From Kiritimatiellia bacterium (lineage in GTDB: Bacteria; Verrucomicrobiota; Kiritimatiellia; CAIQIC01; Lenti-01): a stretch of DNA of 64,000 nucleotides. Below are positions 56,490 through 64,000 of this stretch, piece after piece. The stretch lies in assembly GCA_028681135.1 (NCBI GenBank), contig JAQUJC010000004.1, forward strand, positions 8,107-72,106, read 5' to 3'. A program made the translations under genes and the position numbers. Numbering within the stretch: the first letter of the stretch is position 1; each line of letters starts with the position of its first letter. The notes beneath the pieces were generated by a model. It made no database searches. It worked only from the letters and a program-made list of their open reading frames with translations, and was not told the origin of the DNA.

Positions 56490-56579
56490 ATGGGTACCGT
56501 CAAAAAGAAACGTCGCGTCAAAATGGCCAAGCACAAACGCCGGAAGCGTTTGCGCGCCGATCGCCACAAGAAGAAATAA
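56490..56579 (+). CDS. Small basic ribosomal protein bS22-like (29 aa), a homolog of the AURKAIP1/mS38 family. It is absent from the ORF track.
   Basis: The sequence is MGTVKKKRRVKMAKHKRRKRLRADRHKKK, with a Shine-Dalgarno AAGGAGTG 6 nt upstream. It closely parallels mycobacterial bS22 ([25 protein letters not shown]...). Confidence 0.7.
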   Translation: MGTVKKKRRVKMAKHKRRKRLRADRHKKK

Positions 56580-56593
56580 GACGGCACGGCACC

Positions 56594-58513
56594 ATGTCCG
56601 AGACGTGCCGCTATCGGCTGTTACTCGGCCTGCTTTGGATAGGTGTCTCTGCTGGCTGTCGATCTTTACCTAGCCCTCCGTCTATGCTCGACGGAGGGCT
56701 CGTTGTGTCTTCACCGTTACCCGAGGATCGCGAACGCATTGCCCAGGCCCACGCCCTCTACTCGCTGGGCATTCACCACGAAACCGCCGATCAATATGAT
56801 CTGGCCTGCAACGCCTATCGCCGTGCCAGCGAACTCGACCCCACCAACGAGCGCCCCGTCCTGCGCATGGCCACCACTCTGGTGCTCCAACGCAAGACCG
56901 AGGACGCTCTGCGCGCCGTAGAAGAGTTTGTCGCCCGCCAGCCGTCCTCCGAGAAAGCCCTCGCCTGGCTGGCCACCTTCTATGGCACCACTGGCGACCA
57001 GCAGCGTGTGCAGCAATTGTACCGCCAGATGACCCGTCAATTCCCGCACAATCCGGTCGGCTGGCTCCAACTCGCCAACGCCACCGCGCACCAGGAGCCT
57101 GACCATTCCGAGGCGGTCATTCAGATTCTGGAAGCGGGCCTCTCCAAGGCCCGCCCCCCCACCGCCCTCTACCAGGAACTGGTCCGGATTCAACTGGCCA
57201 AAATGAAGGCCGCGACCGATGACGCCGCCCGGCGTGGTGCCCGCCAACAGGCCATCGCCTATCTGCGCGACGTCGCCGACGACCTGCCCGGCGACAGGGA
57301 AACGCTCTATGCCCTCGGCGATTTGCTCGTGCACGATGAGCAGTTTGAAGAGGCCATTCTCGTCTATGAAAAAATCGAGCGCCTGCAACCCGCCGACCTT
57401 CAGATCAAGCAGCGCCTGGCCCGCACCTTCCTGGCGATGGATGACCAGGCCAAAGCCATCGCCATACTGGAAACCCTCGCCGAGCGCGATGCCAGCTCCG
57501 CCAATGTCCATTACTATCTGGGCGAATTATACCTGCAATCAGGCGACACCCCCCATGCCATTACCCAGTTCCGCGCGGCGGCCACGGCATCACCCAACGA
57601 TCCCGCTCCGTGGCTGCGGCTGGCGGCACTCCAAGCGGATCAGGACAGCAAGCAAGCCACGGCCACCCTCAAAGAAGCCCTCGCCATCATGCCCGGCAAT
57701 CCCAAGTTGCTGGAAGTTCTGGCGCTCATTCGTCTGGGACAAAACCAATATACCAAAGCCGAGCGGCTTCTCGCCCAGGTCTGGCAAGCGGTCAGCGATG
57801 ACGATCCCGACGCCATGCCCTCCAATATTTTCTTCTACAACTACGCCACAGTCTGCACCCATTTGCGCCGCGTGCCCCAGGCCGCGGACTGGCTCGAACG
57901 GGCCCTCGCCCAGGAGCCGGCCCTGCTCGACCTCTATATGCAGCGCGCCATGACCGGCACGCCCACCTTCCGTAAAACCGCCACGAGCGTCCTGCGCAAT
58001 CTGGCGCGCCGCAACACTCCGGTCGCCGCCGCCATCCACGCCAATCTCGCCACACTCTATCTGGTCCGCGAAAGCCCCCAACGCGCCGTCAAGGAGTTCG
58101 AAAAGGCCCTAGCCATCATCGACGCCCACCCGTTGCAGGCCGATGTCCTCACCCCGCGCTTCTACTTCTGGCACGGCGTGGCGCTGGATCAAACCAAGCA
58201 ACCCTTGCGCGCCATTACCTTGTTCGAAACTGCCATCGACCTGGACCCCGCCTACACCGATGCCCTCAACTATCTCGCTTATCTATGGGCCGTGCGCGGC
58301 GAACGCCTAGACGAAGCCCTGCGCCACATCCAAACCGCCCTCAACCTCGCTCCCGACAACTCCGCCTATCTCGATACCCTCGGCTGGATTTACTATCAAC
58401 TGGGCCGTTATGAGGACGCCCTGGACCTGCTTCAACAAGCCAACGAACTCCGCCCCAACGATCCCGAAATCCTCGAGCATATCGAAAAAACATTGGAAAA
58501 ACTCGGACGCTAA
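56594..58513 (+). CDS. TPR-repeat lipoprotein.
   Basis: The product starts MSETCRYRLLLGLLWIGVSAGC (signal plus lipobox). At least 10 TPR-like repeats follow (AxxxYxxAxxLDP.. patterns). Confidence 0.75.
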   Translation: MSETCRYRLLLGLLWIGVSAGCRSLPSPPSMLDGGLVVSSPLPEDRERIAQAHALYSLGIHHETADQYDLACNAYRRASELDPTNERPVLRMATTLVLQRKTEDALRAVEEFVARQPSSEKALAWLATFYGTTGDQQRVQQLYRQMTRQFPHNPVGWLQLANATAHQEPDHSEAVIQILEAGLSKARPPTALYQELVRIQLAKMKAATDDAARRGARQQAIAYLRDVADDLPGDRETLYALGDLLVHDEQFEEAILVYEKIERLQPADLQIKQRLARTFLAMDDQAKAIAILETLAERDASSANVHYYLGELYLQSGDTPHAITQFRAAATASPNDPAPWLRLAALQADQDSKQATATLKEALAIMPGNPKLLEVLALIRLGQNQYTKAERLLAQVWQAVSDDDPDAMPSNIFFYNYATVCTHLRRVPQAADWLERALAQEPALLDLYMQRAMTGTPTFRKTATSVLRNLARRNTPVAAAIHANLATLYLVRESPQRAVKEFEKALAIIDAHPLQADVLTPRFYFWHGVALDQTKQPLRAITLFETAIDLDPAYTDALNYLAYLWAVRGERLDEALRHIQTALNLAPDNSAYLDTLGWIYYQLGRYEDALDLLQQANELRPNDPEILEHIEKTLEKLGR

Positions 58514-58714
58514 TTGTGGGGCGTTGGTTGTGGGGCGTTGATCGTGGGTCGAAACAATCTATCTGTGAAATCGGCAGCTATCCTCTGTGCCGTGAGATGA
58601 ATTCGGCCGTTCTTTTCTCCCGCGATAGCCCCGAAAATAGCCCCGAAATGATTTGCCCTCGGCGACCCGTTTCCGCTAGTCTCTGGTTTTGTTGAACATA
58701 CAAAGGAGTCTACT

Positions 58715-59743
58715 ATGTCTCGTTGGATCATAACCTTGATTTGTCTGCTGGCCCTCGCGGCTAGCGCCTCTGCCCAAGTCGATGACCTGGATGCCCTGCT
58801 CGCAGGCCTGGGCGATGAACCCGTCGCGGAAGACGCTCTCGCCGAGGTGGAGCCCCCGGCTGATGCACCCGCGCCTAGTGCAGAGGTTGCGGAACCTGCC
58901 GTGGATGACCCCTTTGCTGACTTGCTCGGCGATATGCCCGCCGAAGACAGCGAACCGGCCGAGGCCCTTGACGAGCCCGTGGAAGATATCGCCGAAGAAC
59001 TGCCCGCTGACGTAACCGCCGATGACCCCTTTGCTGACTTGCTCGGTGATATGCCCGCCGAAGACAGCGAACCAGCCGAGGCCCTTGACGAGCCCGTGGA
59101 AGACATCGCCGAAGAACTGCCCGCTGACGTAACCGCCGATGATCCCTTTGCCGACTTGCTCGGTGATATGCCCGCCGAAGACAGCGAACCGGCCGAGGCC
59201 CTTGACGAGCCCGTGGAAGACATCGCCGAAGAACTGCCTGCTGACGTAACCGCCGATGACCCCTTTGCTGACTTGCTCGGCGATATGCCCGCTGACGAGC
59301 CTGCGGATGCCGAAGAGGTCGCCGAAGAACTCTTTCCTGAAGAAACCGTCTCGGAGGATATCGAGGAAGCCATCGAGGAAACCGATCCGCTTGCCGATCT
59401 GCTCGGGGATGAGTCTGCTGACACCGACGAGGCTATGGCTGGTGCTGAAGAAGCCACCCCCGAGATGGTCATCGATGAAGAAACCGCCCCTGAGGTAGTC
59501 GTCGAGGAAGAGGCCATCGAAGAGGAAGCGGCTCCTGAGGTCATCGATGAAGAAGAGGCCATTGAAGAGGACGCTGCCCCTGACGTAGCCATCGAAGAAG
59601 CCGACGCCGAGGACGAGGTTGTTCAAGAAGCAGCGGAAGTCGAAGAAGCCAAGGACAAGAAGGACACCCAAAAGCCCAAGCGTAAGCTCAAGCCCAAGGT
59701 TGCCGACAAGTCCCCCGAGTGGAACGATCCCGTTAGTTGGTAG
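58715..59743 (+). CDS. Secreted, highly acidic tandem-repeat protein (342 aa).
   Basis: A Shine-Dalgarno AAAGGAG precedes the ATG. The signal peptide is MSRWIITLICLLALAASASAQ. There are three exact 39-aa repeats (DDPFADLLGDMPAEDSEPAEALDEPVEDIAEELPADVTA) and then a Glu-rich tail ending in a basic KKDTQKPKRKLKPK segment. The opposite-strand ORFs at 58510..59592 and 58676..59752 are rejected. Confidence 0.7.
   Translation: MSRWIITLICLLALAASASAQVDDLDALLAGLGDEPVAEDALAEVEPPADAPAPSAEVAEPAVDDPFADLLGDMPAEDSEPAEALDEPVEDIAEELPADVTADDPFADLLGDMPAEDSEPAEALDEPVEDIAEELPADVTADDPFADLLGDMPAEDSEPAEALDEPVEDIAEELPADVTADDPFADLLGDMPADEPADAEEVAEELFPEETVSEDIEEAIEETDPLADLLGDESADTDEAMAGAEEATPEMVIDEETAPEVVVEEEAIEEEAAPEVIDEEEAIEEDAAPDVAIEEADAEDEVVQEAAEVEEAKDKKDTQKPKRKLKPKVADKSPEWNDPVSW
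58904..59290 (+). repeat. 117-bp coding tandem repeat, three perfect copies plus a partial diverged fourth.
   Basis: Units begin at 58904, 59021 and 59138. They differ only at synonymous positions. Confidence 0.9.
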
Positions 59744-59926
59744 GCACCCCACCCCCCCACATCGCAGGCGCTTCGGAACTCAGACCCCCGCGACCTTGTG
59801 TCGCGGGTGAATCCGGTTTAAGAAATACCGCGATGGCTGCTTTTCTTCAGCGGTTTGCTCCTGCCGGACAAGCCGGCAGGGGGAGCGAAGACGACATGGA
59901 ACTTCTGGGGCCGCACACTAGCCGGG

Positions 59927-60502
59927 CTAATTCATCAACGCCGCCCAGTCGTGGGGGGTGTTGATGTTGCGCAAAATGGCAGCATCATCGACATCCAATT
60001 CCTGAGCCAACGGCTTCGCCCACTCATCCACCCGCGCATCCTCCGGCAGCCGCTGCAACTCCCCCTCTCGCACACGCGGCACCCAAAGCACATGGCCGGT
60101 AACACCGCCGTGAACCGGACGCCACACATGCAAGGGCTCGGCTTCCGCCGCCGCTAGCACTGCCTCGATCGTCGTCGCTTTCACCCCCACCGCATCCACC
60201 GGCAAAAACAATACCCCATCTGCCGTGGGAAAGGCCCCGGCTCCCGCCTGCAAGGACGTCGCCCGCCCCTGGGCCCAGCGCGGATTGTCCACTGTCGCCA
60301 ATCCGTCCGGCAATGCGGCGCGGACGCGCGCGGCCTCCGCCCCCACCACGACAGCCACCCACGCGCAACCGCCGCGTCGCAACACATCCGCTTGGCGGGC
60401 CGCCAGTGGCACTCCATCCGATCCACACAACAACGCCTTGGGGTGGCCCATCCGCTGCGACGCCCCCGCCGCCAGGACAATACCCGCTGTGCTCATGCCC
60501 AT
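59927..60502 (-). CDS. MobA/MocA-like nucleotidyltransferase (molybdenum cofactor nucleotidyltransferase family).
   Basis: The N-terminal GIVLAAGASQRMGHPKALL matches the MobA GxxLAGGxSxRMGxDKALL motif. The product is 191 aa. Confidence 0.65.
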   Translation of the reverse strand: MGMSTAGIVLAAGASQRMGHPKALLCGSDGVPLAARQADVLRRGGCAWVAVVVGAEAARVRAALPDGLATVDNPRWAQGRATSLQAGAGAFPTADGVLFLPVDAVGVKATTIEAVLAAAEAEPLHVWRPVHGGVTGHVLWVPRVREGELQRLPEDARVDEWAKPLAQELDVDDAAILRNINTPHDWAALMN

Positions 60503-60506
60503 CGGC

Positions 60507-62027
60507 TTACTGCCACCCGACTCGTTTCAGCGCCACGCGCCGGTAAATATCCAGATACCGATTGGCGGACATCTCCCAGTCGAAGCGGACCTTCATGGCC
60601 TGCTCGCGCATCTGCGTGATATGACTCGGGCGCGTCTCCCAGGTCTGCACCGCCCAGGCCATCGTCTCCTGGAAGGTCGGCGCATCGGGGGTATAGAATT
60701 TGAACCCTGTCCCCGTGCCTTCACCCGGATTATACTGCTCGATGGTATCCTCCAACCCGCCCGTGGCATGGACCACCGGCAGCGCGGCATAGCGCAACGC
60801 ATACATCTGCGCCAGCCCACACGGCTCAAACAGCGACGGCATCAAAAAGAAGTCCGCGCCCGCCTGAATGCGGTGGGCCAGGTCATCGGAATAGCCGATC
60901 GTCACCCCCACCCGCCCGGGATACGCCGCCGCCAACCAGCGGAAAAATTCTTCATCGGCCGCCTCCCCCGTCCCGAGCACCACCAGTTGCATGTTCAGGC
61001 TGTCCAGCGCCAACGGCAACGCGGCGCGCATCAGACCCATCCCTTTTTGCGATGTCAAGCGCGACACAATGCCAAACAGCGGCACCACCCCATCCTGCTG
61101 CAAGCCCATCTGCGACTGCAACTCCTGCTTGCACTGCCCCTTGCCAATCAACGAGTCCGCGCGATAATTCGCGGGGATGAGACGGTCTGTCTCTGGATCC
61201 CACACGCCGTAATCCGCTCCGTTGAGAATGCCCTCAAAATCGCGCTGACGGGCCTGCATGTACTCAGCCAGCCCATTGCCGCCCGCCTCCGTCAGGATTT
61301 CTTTGGCATAGCTGGGTGACACCGTCGTGATGGCATCCGCCATCACAATCCCGCCCTTGAGTAAATTGACTTGTCCCCACGCCTCCAAGATTTCCGGCGT
61401 GAAATAGTCCGGCCCCAGTCCCAGATACCCCAACGCCGATGCGTGGGAATACCCCTGATACGCCTGGTTATGGATGGTCAAGACGCTGCCCGCCCAGCCC
61501 AGCGGCGCGCCCGCCTTGCGCCACGCATCCAGCAGCACCGGCATAATCGCGGTGGGCCAGTCGTGACTATGCACCACATCCGGAATCCACTGCCGGTCGC
61601 GACACACCTGTTCCGCCGCCATGCACAGCAGTCCAAAGCGGAACGCATTGTCGCCAAACTCAACCCCGTTGTCGTCGTAGATGCCCCCGCGGTCAAAATA
61701 CCGATCATGCTCGATGAACCACATCGGCACATCCCCATCCGCAACGCCCCCCCACACCCCGCAGCCATTCACTTCCCCCCCGCCGCAATTCACCAGACAC
61801 GACGGCTCCTCGACCAGCCCAAAAGTCTCACGCGAAATGGTGCCATACAAAGGAATCAGCACCCGCACATCCACCCCCAGTTTGCGCAGCGCTTTCGGCA
61901 AACTCGCCACCACGTCGCCCAACCCGCCGCATTTGGCATACGGCGCGCACTCCGAGGCGACGAACAACACCCGCAACGACCGCTCCGGCACAATCGTCGG
62001 CTCCTTTTTTCGCAAGGCTTTCTTCAT
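60507..62027 (-). CDS. glgA: Glycogen (starch) synthase, GT5.
   Basis: The N-terminal LFVASECAPYAKCGGLGDVVASLPKAL is the GlgA K-x-GGL motif region. The start at the MKKALRKKEP ATG (62027) is preferred over the track start at 62093. Confidence 0.85.
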   Translation of the reverse strand: MKKALRKKEPTIVPERSLRVLFVASECAPYAKCGGLGDVVASLPKALRKLGVDVRVLIPLYGTISRETFGLVEEPSCLVNCGGGEVNGCGVWGGVADGDVPMWFIEHDRYFDRGGIYDDNGVEFGDNAFRFGLLCMAAEQVCRDRQWIPDVVHSHDWPTAIMPVLLDAWRKAGAPLGWAGSVLTIHNQAYQGYSHASALGYLGLGPDYFTPEILEAWGQVNLLKGGIVMADAITTVSPSYAKEILTEAGGNGLAEYMQARQRDFEGILNGADYGVWDPETDRLIPANYRADSLIGKGQCKQELQSQMGLQQDGVVPLFGIVSRLTSQKGMGLMRAALPLALDSLNMQLVVLGTGEAADEEFFRWLAAAYPGRVGVTIGYSDDLAHRIQAGADFFLMPSLFEPCGLAQMYALRYAALPVVHATGGLEDTIEQYNPGEGTGTGFKFYTPDAPTFQETMAWAVQTWETRPSHITQMREQAMKVRFDWEMSANRYLDIYRRVALKRVGWQ

Positions 62028-62165
62028 GCACCAAGTATAGCCCCGCCCCACCCCCCCACTCAATCTGATTTTGTGAACGTAAATATTGGACATTGAAATC
62101 TCCCCGCGCCTCCCATACCCTACCCCCCCATTACATCATCACCCAAAGCAACACCCCCCCTCACT

Positions 62166-63431
62166 ATGAATAGCAAAACATTCCCCCTCTCACGCGAGCA
62201 AACCGACCGTATTTCCCGCGACTATCCCACCCCCTTCCACCTCTACGACGAGGCGGCCATCCGCGATAACGCCCGCCGCCTCACCCAAGCCTTTTCCACC
62301 CTCCCGGGCTTTCGTGAGTATTTTGCCGTCAAGGCCACCCCCAACCCCTTCCTGCTGCGCATTCTCGCCGACGAAGGATTTGGTGCCGACTGCTCCAGCC
62401 TTGCCGAACTGCGTCTCTGCGAGACGGTCGGCCTCACCGGCGAACGCATCATGTTCACCTCCAACGAAACCCCCGACAACGAATTTCGCGAAGCCCGCCG
62501 CCTCGGGGCCATCATCAACCTCGACGACATCACGCTCATTGATGCGCTGATCGCGGCCACCGGCTCGCTCCCCGACACCCTCTGCTTCCGCTATAATCCC
62601 GGTGCCGCTAAAGCCGGCAACACCATCATCGGCCGCCCCGAAGAAGCCAAGTACGGCCTGACCCGCGACCAGCTTTTCGAGGCCTACGCCCGCGCCCGCG
62701 ATCTCGGCGTCAAGACCTTCGGCCTGCACACCATGGTCGTCTCCAACGAACTCGACGAGCAATACCACATCGAAACCGCCCGGATGCTCTTCGAACTCGC
62801 CGTCGAGTTGAAGGACCGCCTCGGCATCCGCCTCGCCTTTATCAATACCGGCGGCGGCATTGGCATCCCCTATCGCCCCGAAGAAAAGCCCCTCGATTAC
62901 CCCACCCTCGCCCGCGGTGCCCGCGCCGCTTATGATCAGGTGATTGTCCCTGCCGGGCTTGATCCCCTCTCCTACCATATGGAATGCGGACGCGCCATCA
63001 CCGGCCCTTATGGCTGGCTGGTCACCCGCGCCTTCCGCCACAAGGAAACCTACCGCTCCTATATCGGCGTCGATGCCTCCATGGCCGACCTCATGCGCCC
63101 CGGCATGTATGGCGCCTACCACCATCTGACCGTCCTCGGTAAAGAAAAGGCCCCCGCCACCCACACCTACGATGTCGTCGGCTCGCTGTGCGAAAATTCC
63201 GACAAGTTCGCCATTCAGCGCCCCCTCCCCGAAATCGAGATGGGCGATCTTCTTGTCATCCACGACACCGGCGCCCACGGCCACGCCATGGGCTATAACT
63301 ACAACGGCAAGACCCGCTCCGCCGAGCTGCTCCTGCGCCCCGATGACTCCATCGTCCAAATCCGCCGCGCGGAAACCCTCGACGATCTTTTCGCCACCCT
63401 CGACCTCCCCGCCGCCCAATCGTTTAAGTAA
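62166..63431 (+). CDS. lysA: PLP-dependent Orn/DAP/Arg decarboxylase family protein, most likely diaminopimelate decarboxylase.
   Basis: The PLP-binding region is FAVKATPN (lysine). The glycine-rich GGGIGIPY and ECGRAITGP (EPGR-like) motifs are present. The product is 421 aa. Confidence 0.65.
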   Translation: MNSKTFPLSREQTDRISRDYPTPFHLYDEAAIRDNARRLTQAFSTLPGFREYFAVKATPNPFLLRILADEGFGADCSSLAELRLCETVGLTGERIMFTSNETPDNEFREARRLGAIINLDDITLIDALIAATGSLPDTLCFRYNPGAAKAGNTIIGRPEEAKYGLTRDQLFEAYARARDLGVKTFGLHTMVVSNELDEQYHIETARMLFELAVELKDRLGIRLAFINTGGGIGIPYRPEEKPLDYPTLARGARAAYDQVIVPAGLDPLSYHMECGRAITGPYGWLVTRAFRHKETYRSYIGVDASMADLMRPGMYGAYHHLTVLGKEKAPATHTYDVVGSLCENSDKFAIQRPLPEIEMGDLLVIHDTGAHGHAMGYNYNGKTRSAELLLRPDDSIVQIRRAETLDDLFATLDLPAAQSFK

Positions 63432-63483
63432 GAACTCGCGTGTTTAAAAATATTGCACGGCCATGGCCTAACTCTAAACAGCT

Positions 63484-63575
63484 GCGGCTCACCCAGAGGG
63501 TTCGCCCTACCAAAAGCTTGCGATTCTGGCTTTGGGTAGGGCGAGGCGTCCCTGCCGAGCCGGGCTGTTTTGCTC
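63484..63575. terminator. Family-C long hairpin element between the convergent lysA and membrane-protein genes. It probably acts as a bidirectional terminator.
   Basis: The left arm cggctcacccagagggttcgccctacc pairs with the right arm ggtagggcgaggcgtccctgccgagccg. The element is followed by gggctgttttgctcttt. Confidence 0.55.
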
Positions 63576-63623
63576 TTTAAGACCGGCTGCGCAATATCTT
63601 AACTGTGCTGCCGCCCCTCTGCT

Positions 63624-63995
63624 CTACGCCTGGGTCGGCTCCGCCGGCGGCACATCCATTACGGGTACATCCGCCACGGGCACCGGCTCCGCCGTCACGC
63701 CCTCGAACAGATGGCGATACGCCACCACGCTCAGAATAGCGCCAAACGGTGCCGTCAAAATCACGCCCACCCCGCACAACAGCAGGCCCAGGCTTGAAAT
63801 CAGACTGCCCAGCAACGTGATCACCAGCAGCGAGACATAGTCCTCTTTGGCCTTCTCATAACTCGCCTGAATCGCCGGCCAGAACTCCTGCTTCTGGTCC
63901 ACAATCAAGGGCATTGCGAACATCACCAGCGGCGCAATCAGCAACCCCGCCACTCCGCCAATGACGGGAAGAAAGCTCAAGACCCCATAGGCCAC
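63624..63995 (-). CDS. Small integral membrane protein of unknown function (123 aa).
   Basis: The product has three predicted TM helices (VLSFLPVIGGVAGLLIAPLVMFAMPLI and LLVITLLGSLISSLGLLLCGVGVILTAPFGAIL). No motif was identified. Confidence 0.5.
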   Translation of the reverse strand: MAYGVLSFLPVIGGVAGLLIAPLVMFAMPLIVDQKQEFWPAIQASYEKAKEDYVSLLVITLLGSLISSLGLLLCGVGVILTAPFGAILSVVAYRHLFEGVTAEPVPVADVPVMDVPPAEPTQA

Positions 63996-64000
63996 CGCCA

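Noticed and set aside
58510-59752. Two minus-strand Ser-rich ORFs (58510..59592 and 58676..59752) opposite the acidic repeat protein.
   Set aside because: They are artefacts of the tandem repeats, giving poly-Ser/Ala/Gly translations. The plus-strand ORF has a Shine-Dalgarno, a canonical signal peptide, and follows the same-strand TPR gene.

Overview
This is a high-GC (roughly 60-65% by eye) bacterial chromosomal window with dense coding and punctuated AT-rich islands. No rRNA, tRNA or CRISPR array was found. Coding calls rest on reading the six-frame ORF translations for motifs, not on any database search.

Main contents, left to right:
1. The N-terminal part of a polyphosphate kinase 2 gene, cut by the window edge.
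2. A conserved alpha-2-macroglobulin (A2M) plus PbpC envelope-defence pair. Here the A2M gene is split by a single in-frame TAA. Its N-terminus is fused to a membrane-anchored DUF1700/HAAS-like domain and is translationally coupled to an upstream PadR-family regulator.
3. A divergent promoter region carrying four identical 19-bp palindromes at an exact 31-bp period, followed by a Hanks-type Ser/Thr kinase and a DUF364-like gene.
4. A ~19-kb minus-strand operon with two paralogous pairs. Each pair is a small signal-anchored coiled-coil protein followed by a giant secreted multidomain protein. The two giants are 2681 aa and 2976 aa. The larger one carries two complete I9-S8 subtilase units and an NHL propeller. 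Both share a C-terminal ~60-aa module.
5. A cell-envelope polysaccharide locus. It holds an orphan Wzm permease, GT2 and GT4 glycosyltransferases, two GT-C glycosyltransferases, an MBOAT plus AlgX/J-like O-acetylation pair, an O-antigen-ligase-like gene, two SDRs and a PaaK/CapK-like ligase.
6. A compact triad of a C39-like cysteine peptidase, a RimK-type ATP-grasp ligase and a GCS2 amidoligase, interpreted as a candidate peptide-tail ligation/modification system.
7. Housekeeping genes: hisG, an unannotated 29-aa bS22-like ribosomal protein, a TPR lipoprotein, glgA, lysA and a MobA-like gene.

Intergenic regions contain several dispersed and tandem repeat families. These include a 2.2-copy 206-bp tandem repeat, a ~492-bp duplication flanking a GT-C gene, hairpin elements, and AT-rich palindromes.
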